Of a stretch of 64,000 nt of DNA, positions 49,054-58,405 are shown one piece after another. Within the stretch, counting starts at the first letter, position 1, and the number at the start of each line of letters is the position of its first letter. The stretch lies in contig JAFGPN010000004.1 of the NCBI GenBank assembly GCA_016936175.1, positions 5,726 through 69,725 of the forward strand. Direction: 5' to 3'. Source of the DNA: Patescibacteria group bacterium (GTDB lineage Bacteria > Patescibacteriota > Kazan-3B-28 > UBA10110). The translations under genes and the position numbers were made by a program. The notes under the pieces were generated by a model. That model had not been told where the DNA came from and did not search any database. It worked only from the letters and a program-made list of their open reading frames with translations.

Positions 49054-49297
49054 CCCGTTTGAAAACTATTAATATAGCTAATAACATTTTTACTATTTAA
49101 TTTTGGTCTATCCCGTTATTAGATAATCAATTCGGAAAAATAATTACTAAGTAATTATTTTTGCCACAGGCCTCTAACGGGGTTCATAGTGGTACAACAC
49201 CATTCTAAACTCGCCACGATTTTTGACAATCGCGACAACAGCGCACCGATGTGCTATAATATTTATGTAAGCGGCTGACTGGCCGCTATTCTTGTGC

Positions 49298-49972
49298 TCA
49301 AAACAAACTCGGCAATTGCTTCGATAACTCCCTAATCGTTGCGAAGTGGTAGTCGGCGCCGGTTCGCATTGGACCATTTACAAGTGCTGTAGTTGCTCCG
49401 GCCGCCTTACCTGATGCAATACCCTGCAGGGTATCTTCCACCACCAATAACTCGCCCGGGGCCACCCCCAACAGCTCCGCTGCTTTTAGGTACACATCCG
49501 GCGCCGGCTTAGGTTCTCCCACATCCGAATAAGAGACAAAGTTGTCCGCCCGAGCGATTAGCTCGTCCCACCGATACCAGTCCCGATTCGTTTCTACTGC
49601 CCGTCGGCTAGCGTTAGTCACTACCGCGGTCGGCACTTGATGTGACCGACACCAATCCAGCAACTCCACCGCACCGGGAAAGATCGAAGCGCTAACAGAT
49701 TGACGCAACTTGCTCGCCTGCTCAATTACTTTTATTACGATCGCTTCTACCTCGGCGGTGGTGGGTGGATGTCCCCAAATTACATTCATTACATCGGACA
49801 CCCCTTGCCGAGTAGTTTTGCCGAAGTAGTGTTGATCGTACTCCTCTTTGGTTAGATCGTAATCAAACTCTTGTTTAACCACCAACGCCATCACCCGACG
49901 ATAAAACGGCTCCGTATTAATTAACGTGCCGTCCAAATCAAAAGCGATAGCCTTAAACACCTTACCCACCAC
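49298..49972 (-). CDS. HAD-family phosphatase
   Basis: FDLDGTL, VVTNA, KPAPD and VEDT motifs. Confidence 0.92.
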   Translation of the reverse strand: MVGKVFKAIAFDLDGTLINTEPFYRRVMALVVKQEFDYDLTKEEYDQHYFGKTTRQGVSDVMNVIWGHPPTTAEVEAIVIKVIEQASKLRQSVSASIFPGAVELLDWCRSHQVPTAVVTNASRRAVETNRDWYRWDELIARADNFVSYSDVGEPKPAPDVYLKAAELLGVAPGELLVVEDTLQGIASGKAAGATTALVNGPMRTGADYHFATIRELSKQLPSLF

Positions 49973-49973
49973 C

Positions 49974-51059
49974 CTATTGTAACAGCTCGTCGGCTATCCG
50001 CTCGGCGGCTAGAGGATAAGCTAATTCACGAATATTAAAAGCCAGCCGTTTGCCCATATCCGAGTGGACTACCCGAGCTATTCTCTCTACTAAAACGGTC
50101 GGCGTAGCTTCCGATTGTAACAATAGCGCGGCCGCCCCCTTATCGGACAGGTATTTGGCGTTAGCGTACTGATGATCGTTGGCAGAATTGGGTAGTGGAA
50201 TAAGAATTGCTGGCCGACCGGTAGCCGCAATTTCAAAAGCCGCCGTGGCGCCAGCCCGCGAGATAATCACCGCCGCTCGCTTCATCAACGAAGCCATCTG
50301 AACGTTAGGAATAGAATCAATCGGATGATAGTCTTGGCCAAAATCACTGCTGGCCTTCCAGCTCTGCAGGCCAGCATAATCAGCCGACCCCGTTTGATGA
50401 ACCACCTGATAATTAGACAATAACTGTGGCAAGCTATTCTGAATCAGCTGATTTATCGCATGCGCTCCCTGCGACCCGCCGGTAACAAAAACCATCGGTT
50501 TTTTATCGTTAATCGGCAGGGGAATCTCTCCTATAGCTCGATTGTAAAACACTTCATTAATCGGTACCCCAGTAAATATCAATTTGGACAATATTTTTCT
50601 ATTATTCTCGTAGGCTTCGAGCGGAAACGATACGCAGATCTTACTAGCCAAGGGGGCTAGAATTCGATTTGCCACCCCCATTACTGTGTCCGATTCGTGC
50701 AAGATTAACCTCCGACCTAACACCAACGCCGCCAATCCTACCGGAACCCCCACATAACCGCCCTTAATTAACACCCGCTCTGGCCAGAAAAATATCACTA
50801 CAAACAAGGCGGTAATAAACCCCCCTATGGTTACAAAGATATCCACTAAATTTCTTAAATCAAAATATCGGCGCCACTTTCCGGCTGGCACACCTATAAA
50901 CTTAATCCCGGCCTCGGTTACCAACTGACGGTCACTACCCTTGAGTGAGCCGACATAAAGCAACTGAGCTTTAGGCTCTTTTTTTAGGATTTCCTGCGCG
51001 ATCGATAGCGCCGGTAAAACGTGCCCAGATGTTCCACCACCAACTAAAAGGATCTTCAT
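49974..51059 (-). CDS. murG: Lipid I GlcNAc transferase
   Basis: GGGTSGHVLP, KGGYV, HESD, GGSQGA, SRAGA and HQYANA motifs. Confidence 0.95.
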   Translation of the reverse strand: MKILLVGGGTSGHVLPALSIAQEILKKEPKAQLLYVGSLKGSDRQLVTEAGIKFIGVPAGKWRRYFDLRNLVDIFVTIGGFITALFVVIFFWPERVLIKGGYVGVPVGLAALVLGRRLILHESDTVMGVANRILAPLASKICVSFPLEAYENNRKILSKLIFTGVPINEVFYNRAIGEIPLPINDKKPMVFVTGGSQGAHAINQLIQNSLPQLLSNYQVVHQTGSADYAGLQSWKASSDFGQDYHPIDSIPNVQMASLMKRAAVIISRAGATAAFEIAATGRPAILIPLPNSANDHQYANAKYLSDKGAAALLLQSEATPTVLVERIARVVHSDMGKRLAFNIRELAYPLAAERIADELLQ

Positions 51060-52167
51060 CGCTTTTATCTTGAGTCGTTTGTCTCGAAACATTCAATAAT
51101 ACACCAGAAGCTATCATAACAAACATTAGCGAGGTTCCTCCCTGGCTAACAAACGGCAGGGGTACCCCTGTCAACGGCAGTAACCCCGAGATAGCACCAA
51201 TATTGATTACCGCCTGAAGACCTATCCATACCGTGATGCCAAGGGCAATTAATCGCCCAAACACATCAGGAGCGGTTTTGGCCACCTTAAGTCCCCTCCA
51301 AACCACGATTGACAGGGGTAGAATAACCAACAACAACACTCCGATTAACCCTAACTCCTCACCAATTACCGCAAAGATCGAATCCGATGAGGCCTCGGGT
51401 AAGAAATCAAACTTCTGCCGACTGTGACCAAACCCTAAGCCCAGTATCCCCCCCGAACCCAGCGCAATTAAAGCCTGAGTGATATGGTACCCGGCCCCTA
51501 ACGGGTCCCGTTCGGGATTAAGAAAGGTGAGTAAACGAGCTAATCGGTACGGCGCCGCTTTGATTAGGGCCCAGACCAAGGCCACACCCCCAACGATAAT
51601 AGTAAGAACATGGCTTAGGTTAGCTCCAGCCGCAAAATAAAGCGCCAGAGCAATACCAGATACCACTATCGCCGTACCCATATCCGGCTCGGCCATAACT
51701 AAGGCACCAATTGCACCCATCAGTATCACAAACGGAATAAAGGTAGAATACAAACCTCGCATTCTCGAACCTTTCCGCTCAAACCAATAGGCCAGATAGA
51801 TGATTAGGGCAATCTTTAGAGGCTCGGTTACCTGCAGGGTAAGATCCCCCGCCCCAATCCATCGACGCGATCCACCAGCCGAAAAACCGAGACCCGGGAT
51901 AAACACCAATAACAGCAGAGCTATCGATAGCCCTAGGCCGATAGTAGCAACTGGTCGAAACCGATGATAATCAAATCTTTGAATAAAAAACCAAATCACT
52001 AATCCGATTAGCGCAAAAACTAACTGACGGAAAAAGTAGTAAGTATTACTGCCAGTTGCTTGATACGACTCTACTACCGAGGCAGATGAAACCATCAGCA
52101 AGCCAAACCCCACCAAAAACAAGGTGGCAAGAATCAACCATGGATCAGGCGCGTGATAGCGTCGCAT
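50971..52167 (-). CDS. ftsW: SEDS peptidoglycan glycosyltransferase FtsW
   Basis: RRWI, EPDMG, GYHITQALIALGSGG, SDSIFAVIGEELG and PLTGVPLPFVS motifs; lies between murD and murG. Confidence 0.95.
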   Translation of the reverse strand: MRRYHAPDPWLILATLFLVGFGLLMVSSASVVESYQATGSNTYYFFRQLVFALIGLVIWFFIQRFDYHRFRPVATIGLGLSIALLLLVFIPGLGFSAGGSRRWIGAGDLTLQVTEPLKIALIIYLAYWFERKGSRMRGLYSTFIPFVILMGAIGALVMAEPDMGTAIVVSGIALALYFAAGANLSHVLTIIVGGVALVWALIKAAPYRLARLLTFLNPERDPLGAGYHITQALIALGSGGILGLGFGHSRQKFDFLPEASSDSIFAVIGEELGLIGVLLLVILPLSIVVWRGLKVAKTAPDVFGRLIALGITVWIGLQAVINIGAISGLLPLTGVPLPFVSQGGTSLMFVMIASGVLLNVSRQTTQDKSDEDPFSWWWNIWARFTGAIDRAGNPKKRA

Positions 52168-52208
52168 AAATTAATTGAGATTAATTTACCTCGAGCGAAG
52201 TCGAGGGG

Positions 52209-53609
52209 TCACTCCATCTTATTATATTTTTTTATCAGCTCTTTAACTACTTGTTTAAATTGATCTCCGCGATCGTAGGCATCCTTGAACATATCAAAAC
52301 TAGCAAACGCCGGGGCTAACAACACTGTGCCTTCGCTTTTAACATAGCGATAGGCTAGCTCAACCGCCGATGCCAAACTTTTGGCTGCCTTATACGGAGT
52401 ACGCACCTTAGCCGTCTTCAATTCTTTTGCTAACCTTTGGGTGCTTTTGCCAATCAACACAATCCCTCGGATTCGGCTATCATCTAAAGTCCGGGATAAC
52501 TCGCGCAGGTGTTCTCGTTTACTTGCTCCACCGATTATTATCGCTAACTGTCCCGGAATAGTGGCAATCGCCGCTAGAGCTGCCACTGGGGTGGTAGCCG
52601 CCGAATCATCTATAAACCGAGTCTTTCCTAAGACCCCGGCTAACTCTAAGCGATGAGGCAGACCTTTAAATTTACTTAGCCGCCTAACAATGACAGTCGG
52701 TTTTAACCCCACTATCAACACAGCACTCAAGGCGGCCAAGGTGTTCTCTAAATTATGTCGGCCAGGTAATGGAATCTGTTGTCGGTGGCACAAAACCACT
52801 CGCCGGCGAGTTTTGGGGTTTCGATAGATTACCTCATCACCAGCTAAGTAAAGACCTTTGGGCAAGATTTTACGGATGGAGTAAGAAAACTTTTTCCCAG
52901 CCGCTCGATGCAACGCTTCTCGAGTTATCGGGTAATCCGAGCTGGCAATCAGCCAATCTTGTTTACTCTGGCGAGTAAATAGATTGCTTTTGGCTTCCCA
53001 ATATCGCTTAAACTGCTTGTGGCGATCAAGATGCTCCGGCGATACATCCAGCATCACCGCCACATCCGGGCTAATAATTATGTCTTCCAGTTGAAAGCTA
53101 GAGAGCTCTAATATCACCCAGTCTTTTTTGGTCAACTTGGGCAATAACTTAAGTGGTGGCGAACCAATGTTGCCACCTAAATAAACTCGGCCCGGTAACT
53201 GCCCCGTCAATAGATGATGGATCAATTTGACTGTGGTGCTTTTGCCCTTAGTGCCAGTAACACCAATTATCTTGGCTGGGCACAGCTCAAAAAATATCTG
53301 CGTTAGAGAGCTCATTACCACCCCTCGTCGTCGGGCCTTTTTCAGCTGGGGCAGATCTAAAGGCACGCCTGGACTACGAAACAAAATATCTAATTCCCCC
53401 ACTTGATCGAGATAGGTTTTGCCCAAAAACAGCTCGGAGGTTAACCTTTTAAACCGACGGAGTAACTTTGGTTCTATATCCGATATCGGCTTACTGTCTA
53501 ACCCGATCGGTCTTAATCCAGCCGCATTCAAAAACTCGAGAACATCTAATCCCTCTCGCCCTAACCCCAACACCCCCACGCGATATGCCGGCTTAGTCGC
53601 TATTGTCAT
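52209..53609 (-). CDS. murD: UDP-MurNAc-L-Ala--D-Glu ligase
   Basis: GLGREG, SPGVP, GTKGKSTT, GGNIG, ELSSFQL, HLDRH and PAFASFDMF motifs. Confidence 0.96.
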   Translation of the reverse strand: MTIATKPAYRVGVLGLGREGLDVLEFLNAAGLRPIGLDSKPISDIEPKLLRRFKRLTSELFLGKTYLDQVGELDILFRSPGVPLDLPQLKKARRRGVVMSSLTQIFFELCPAKIIGVTGTKGKSTTVKLIHHLLTGQLPGRVYLGGNIGSPPLKLLPKLTKKDWVILELSSFQLEDIIISPDVAVMLDVSPEHLDRHKQFKRYWEAKSNLFTRQSKQDWLIASSDYPITREALHRAAGKKFSYSIRKILPKGLYLAGDEVIYRNPKTRRRVVLCHRQQIPLPGRHNLENTLAALSAVLIVGLKPTVIVRRLSKFKGLPHRLELAGVLGKTRFIDDSAATTPVAALAAIATIPGQLAIIIGGASKREHLRELSRTLDDSRIRGIVLIGKSTQRLAKELKTAKVRTPYKAAKSLASAVELAYRYVKSEGTVLLAPAFASFDMFKDAYDRGDQFKQVVKELIKKYNKME

Positions 53610-53644
53610 ACCTGAATTATACCAAGTTAATCCAATCACTCCCC

Positions 53645-53960
53645 CGCCATCGGATGATTTGTGCCCTATCCCATGTAGCCAATTGCGCTGTTTCCCCCGC
53701 CATTGGAGCTTGAGTGTTCTGAGCCCAACAAATCACTGTCGCGAAGCCCGTTGTCTGTTAGGGCGAGAGCGGTAAGGTGATTTGTTGAGGCGAATAGCGA
53801 GAGCGACTGGCGGCCGGTTTGGCGCCACCGTTTGCCGGGACAAATGGTGGCAAAAAAGATAATAAGCTAAAATTTCCGCCGGAGTTTATACTCGCTTGCG
53901 GGTGCAGGAATGACAAATCAATTTTTATGTCTGGATCCCCGTCTCCACGGGGATGACGAC
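53645..53960 (+). repeat. Divergent copy of the structured repeat plus REP palindromes
   Basis: CGCCATCGGA...ACTGGCGGCCGGTTTGGCGCCACCGTTTG-CCGGGA-CAAATGGTGGCAAAA, then GGATCCCCGTCTCCACGGGGATGAC. Confidence 0.75.
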
Positions 53961-53975
53961 GCAGGGTAAACGTCG

Positions 53976-55025
53976 TTAATTGGGGCCAGCGCCAATAATC
54001 CCGATAATCACACCCATAACGGCGGCTAACGCGCCAATAATCCAAAACCTCATCGTTACCTTGGTCTCTGGCCATCCCAGCGCCTCAAAATGATGATGCA
54101 GAGGGGCAATCAAAAATAATTTTCGTTTTAAAACCTTGCGATAGAACATCTGCAGTAGCACCGATATGGTCTCCACCATCGGCACAAACGCTATTAACGG
54201 CAATATAGCAACCCCCACATTATTTTTTAGTAGCATCGCCACTACCCCCAAAGTCGCCCCCATTGAGAGAGCATAGGTGTCCCCACCAAAAAACCTGGCC
54301 GGATAGACATTAAACCAGAGGTAAGCGATTAGCGCCCCCACTATCGAAACGCAGAAGATGGCCAAGCTAACCTGATCGTTCATAAACGCTAGCGCGCCGT
54401 AAGCGCTAAAAGCGATTGCCAACAACCCGCCCGATAGACCATCCAGACCATCCGTAATGTTAACTGCATTGGTAACCGCTAAAATTACAAAGATAAACAA
54501 GGGGATATACCACCAACCAATCAGAATGTCACCATAAGCCGGGATATGGACACTGTTCATCCCTAATTTAGAAAAAAACCACCACGCTCCTAGCGCCGCA
54601 ATCAAAAACAACCAGACCATTTTGTGGCGCGCTCGCACACCTTTAATGCCTCCAACTCCCCGGATGTTAAACCAATCATCAACTGCCCCTAAAATTCCCA
54701 CCGCCACCATCGCGAACAACGGCAAGTAAGTCTGCGAGCGAGTAAAGTTAAACACCAGCGTAATCAGCGCCACCACTCCCCAAACTAACGGACCAGCTAA
54801 TGTGGGAATATGGCGTTGATGTTTCTCCCCATGTAATTTCTGAAACACAGTGGCATAACTACCATATAAAGTCTCCTCTTTGGCTTGTTTCCAAAACTTA
54901 AACCGATACAGCACCGTTGTCCACAAGGGGGTTAAAAACATCGCCAATAAAAACGATATCGTTCCCACGATCATTACTCTCAGCAGATCCCCTTGTTCGG
55001 TAACTATCTTGGTAATATCATCCAT
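53976..55025 (-). CDS. mraY: Phospho-MurNAc-pentapeptide transferase
   Basis: GAVDD, NAVNITDGLDGL, FFGGDT and APLHHHFE motifs. Confidence 0.96.
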   Translation of the reverse strand: MDDITKIVTEQGDLLRVMIVGTISFLLAMFLTPLWTTVLYRFKFWKQAKEETLYGSYATVFQKLHGEKHQRHIPTLAGPLVWGVVALITLVFNFTRSQTYLPLFAMVAVGILGAVDDWFNIRGVGGIKGVRARHKMVWLFLIAALGAWWFFSKLGMNSVHIPAYGDILIGWWYIPLFIFVILAVTNAVNITDGLDGLSGGLLAIAFSAYGALAFMNDQVSLAIFCVSIVGALIAYLWFNVYPARFFGGDTYALSMGATLGVVAMLLKNNVGVAILPLIAFVPMVETISVLLQMFYRKVLKRKLFLIAPLHHHFEALGWPETKVTMRFWIIGALAAVMGVIIGIIGAGPN

Positions 55026-55048
55026 ACTGTTTTGAAAATTATTTATGG

Positions 55049-55234
55049 TGTCATGCTGAATTTATTTCAGCATCTGGATCCTGAATGAGTTATTTTATAT
55101 GGCCTACGGCAGTAAAGTGTCTCCAGGATGACAAGTGGTAAGTGTGGGGTGTCATCCTGAACGTAGTGAAGGATCTAGTTCCGGCTCACCGGAACGCTAC
55201 GCTAGATTCTTCGGCTAATTGCCTCAGAATGACA
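55049..55234. repeat. Two head-to-head REP doublets (TGTCAT...ATGACA)
   Basis: TGTCATGCTGAATTTATTTCAGCATC...CAGGATGACA and TGTCATCCTGAACGTAGTGAAGGATC...CAGAATGACA. Confidence 0.8.
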
Positions 55235-55260
55235 TGCTTTTATCCGATAAATGCTAACCG

Positions 55261-56508
55261 CTATTCTCTCGCCAGCTCCGCCGGCGTGTATTTTTCCTTT
55301 ATCAGATTGGCTATTTTATCCAAATGCACCGCGCGGGATCCTTTGACCAGAATAATATCATTATCCTGCAAATAGGCAAAAACTGCATCCGGCTCGGTGA
55401 TGGTAATCACTTGGTTTAAACCAGAGGAGCTAGCCGCCGCGCCGATTAGCTGACCGCCCTCTCCTACTACCATTAACAGATCGACGGTTTTGGCGGCCGT
55501 TGCCCCCACTTCGCGGTGGCCTTTCTCACAAGCGGTGCCCAACTCTCGCATATCGCCCAGAATCGCCACTCGCCTTCTCCCACCAGACAATCGACTTAGG
55601 CTCCTAAGCGCCGCCAGCATTGAAGTAGGGTTGGCGTTATAGGTATCATCGATTAACGTCAGCCCACTCAACTCTATCCGCTCAAACCGACCAGTGGCCG
55701 AGCGGTAACTAGCCAGCGACTTGGCACTATCATTTATATCTACACCAAAATAATCTGCCACCACTACAGCCACCAAAGCACTGTAAACAAACTGCTCGCC
55801 ATAGACAGGCATATTAACTTGGATGGTTTTGCCTCGATAGTTAATATCAAAATGCAGACCACTGCTACTCAAGGCAATATTAGAAGCCGTCGCATCGGCG
55901 TCACCGTTTAAACCAACCAGCACCTTTTTGGCGGCAGTCTTTTTGGCAATCAGATTGGTCAGTTCATCATCCCGATTTAAAATGGCCAAACCATTTGACC
56001 TGACCCCAGCAATTAACTTACCCTTCTCATCGGCTAACTCGGATTTACTGCCAAAGAACTCTAGATGGACATCACCAATATTAGTCAGCACCCCAATCTC
56101 TGGATATAACCACTGCATAAAATAAGCTATGTCACCTGGTCTATCCGCCGCCAGTTCTAACACCAAGATCTGTGGATAATCAGCCCGCTTAATTAATTTA
56201 CCGAGTGCCACCCCAGTTAATCGACCAACATCCCTTATAGTTAATTTAGTTTTATCATCCACCACCGTTCCAACAAAAGCCGGGTCAATAATTGTCGCCG
56301 CCACACCAAATTCGGTGTTAAGGTTGCCCGAGGTATAAGCTACCACCACATTGCGTTCCTTAAGGTTGCTATTTAGCACTAACGCAACAGCATCTTTGGC
56401 GCTGGTTTTACCAGTACTACCAGTAATGGCTACAATTCTTGGGTTGTATTTATTAAGTATCCGAGCCGCCCACCACCATAACCAAGTTTTTAGAAATCGC
56501 TTTAGCAT
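55261..56508 (-). CDS. murF: UDP-MurNAc-tripeptide--D-Ala-D-Ala ligase
   Basis: ITGSTGKTS, GNLNTEFG, DDTYNANP, GDMRELG and KGSR motifs. Confidence 0.95.
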   Translation of the reverse strand: MLKRFLKTWLWWWAARILNKYNPRIVAITGSTGKTSAKDAVALVLNSNLKERNVVVAYTSGNLNTEFGVAATIIDPAFVGTVVDDKTKLTIRDVGRLTGVALGKLIKRADYPQILVLELAADRPGDIAYFMQWLYPEIGVLTNIGDVHLEFFGSKSELADEKGKLIAGVRSNGLAILNRDDELTNLIAKKTAAKKVLVGLNGDADATASNIALSSSGLHFDINYRGKTIQVNMPVYGEQFVYSALVAVVVADYFGVDINDSAKSLASYRSATGRFERIELSGLTLIDDTYNANPTSMLAALRSLSRLSGGRRRVAILGDMRELGTACEKGHREVGATAAKTVDLLMVVGEGGQLIGAAASSSGLNQVITITEPDAVFAYLQDNDIILVKGSRAVHLDKIANLIKEKYTPAELARE

Positions 56509-56528
56509 ATTATTGTTATGTTCATACA

Positions 56529-56627
56529 TGTCATCCTGAACGTTTTTATGTCATGCTCGAATCTGCTGGACAGCAAACGAAGCATCTATGGATTATTCTC
56601 CTGCTATTCAGCAGAATCAGAATGACC
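56529..56627. repeat. REP-like element between ftsI and murF
   Basis: TGTCATCCTGA...TGTCATGCT...CAGAATGAC. Confidence 0.7.
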
Positions 56628-56634
56628 AAGGGGG

Positions 56635-58353
56635 TTATTTCTCCGGTGGAATCTGCCAATAATTGAGTAAGAAGTTGGCAATATCTCCAAATAACGGCGC
56701 TGCCGAACTTTCGGCGAACTGAACATCTTTGGGTCGATCAATCCTGGTTAACATTACGAATTTGGGGTCCTCTACCGGGCCGAATCCAATAAAGGTACCA
56801 ATGGTGGGACCTTCCTCGTAGCCGCCCCCCTTCGGAATCTGAGCAGTCCCCGTTTTGCCTGCGATGGTATAGCCCGGCACACCGGCTCGCTGGCCGTGTC
56901 CCCGCTGGACCACGCTCACCATCATCGCTGATACCAACTGAGCGGTCTGCGGCTTCATCGCCTGGCGCACCATCTGAGCGTCGATGGATACCGCACCCGA
57001 GGGATAGATAATCTTATCAACGATATGGGGTTTCATCAATTTGCCCTGATTGGCAATCGCCCCAACCGCCGCCACCAACTGGATCGGAGTAACCGCAATA
57101 CCCTGGCCAAACGACATGGTAGCCAAATCTACCTCTCCCCACTGGCGATAAGGTCGGATATGAGCCGGGGATTCGCCATCTAACTCCACCCCAGTAGCGG
57201 CGTCAAAACCTAATGCATTAAGATATTTATAAAACAAGAAACGGCCCAGCTTTTGTGCTACATATATAGCACCGGTGTTAAGCGAAGCTTCTAATACTTG
57301 GGTCATCGTCTGATTGCCATGGGCCTTTAGATCAGAATTCTTAATTGTTCTATCCTCGATCTGCACCTCACCGGTATCGTTATAGACCGTGCTGGGGCTA
57401 ACCAACCCTGCATCAATCCCAGCCGCCATCGTAATTACCTTAAACACCGAGCCCGGTTCATAAACCGCACCGATATTAGGATTGCTAAAGTTCTCCAACG
57501 CATATTCGTTGTAGTAGTTAGGATTAAAAGTCGGATAGCTAGCCATAGCAATAATCCGGCCCGTCGATGGCTCCATCACTATTACCTCTCCGCCAGTAGA
57601 GCCGTGTTTAATAACTGCCTCTTTTAATTTTTTTTCGATGTAGTACTGCGCCGCCCGATCGATAGTCAATACGATGCTAGCGCCATCCTGAGGGTCAACT
57701 ATCTTCCTACCACCTACTGCAATCTGGGCACCCAAAGAACTCTTCTCTACCTGCGCAACACCTTGCTTGCCAGAGAGCTCGCCATTAAAATACCCTTCCA
57801 CACCATACTGTCCGGCCATATCCCGATTAACAAATCCCAGCACCTGGGCCGCCAAGCTATCCTCGGGGTAATAGCGATACTCTTCGGTGCGCAGATACAC
57901 CCCTTCTAAATCGAGCGATTTAATCTCATCCGCTTCTTTTTTTTCTATCCGCCGCTTTAATGGCGCCACATAAACCTTGTTGGATTTCATCGTCTCGATT
58001 AGCTGGCCCTCTTCGATGCCAGTTCCAGCCAAATAGGGCATCAGTTTGGCCGCCACCAGTTCGGGCCGTTGAATTTGGGTCGGTACAATGTTTAGATTAT
58101 ACAGCGATACATTAGTGGCCATTGGATAGTAAGCTTTTAGCTGGTCATCGTAGACCAGTATCTTTCCTCGGTCAGCCGGCAACTGCTCATTAACGTTACG
58201 TTGGTCCTTGGCCATTGCGGTAAAGGTGGCATGCTCAAACACCTGTCGTTGGACTATTCGGCCAACAACCAGGAGCAGCATCAGCACAAAACAGATGCCG
58301 ATGACACCTAAACGGTTTCGCTGCAAAGCTTCCGCCGTAGCGCTGTAAGCCAT
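56635..58353 (-). CDS. ftsI: Class B penicillin-binding protein (FtsI/PBP3-like)
   Basis: RGKI, RYYP, SxxK (GSVFK), SxN (SLN) and KTGTAQ; heads the dcw block. Confidence 0.88.
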   Translation of the reverse strand: MAYSATAEALQRNRLGVIGICFVLMLLLVVGRIVQRQVFEHATFTAMAKDQRNVNEQLPADRGKILVYDDQLKAYYPMATNVSLYNLNIVPTQIQRPELVAAKLMPYLAGTGIEEGQLIETMKSNKVYVAPLKRRIEKKEADEIKSLDLEGVYLRTEEYRYYPEDSLAAQVLGFVNRDMAGQYGVEGYFNGELSGKQGVAQVEKSSLGAQIAVGGRKIVDPQDGASIVLTIDRAAQYYIEKKLKEAVIKHGSTGGEVIVMEPSTGRIIAMASYPTFNPNYYNEYALENFSNPNIGAVYEPGSVFKVITMAAGIDAGLVSPSTVYNDTGEVQIEDRTIKNSDLKAHGNQTMTQVLEASLNTGAIYVAQKLGRFLFYKYLNALGFDAATGVELDGESPAHIRPYRQWGEVDLATMSFGQGIAVTPIQLVAAVGAIANQGKLMKPHIVDKIIYPSGAVSIDAQMVRQAMKPQTAQLVSAMMVSVVQRGHGQRAGVPGYTIAGKTGTAQIPKGGGYEEGPTIGTFIGFGPVEDPKFVMLTRIDRPKDVQFAESSAAPLFGDIANFLLNYWQIPPEK

Positions 58354-58405
58354 AGGCCTATTATACCCCGAGCCAGTTAACAACGATCTGCGACACCATT
58401 TGCGG

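Noticed and set aside
50971..51059. ftsW/murG overlap of 89 nt
   Set aside because: Overlap between these two genes is common and both proteins are intact.
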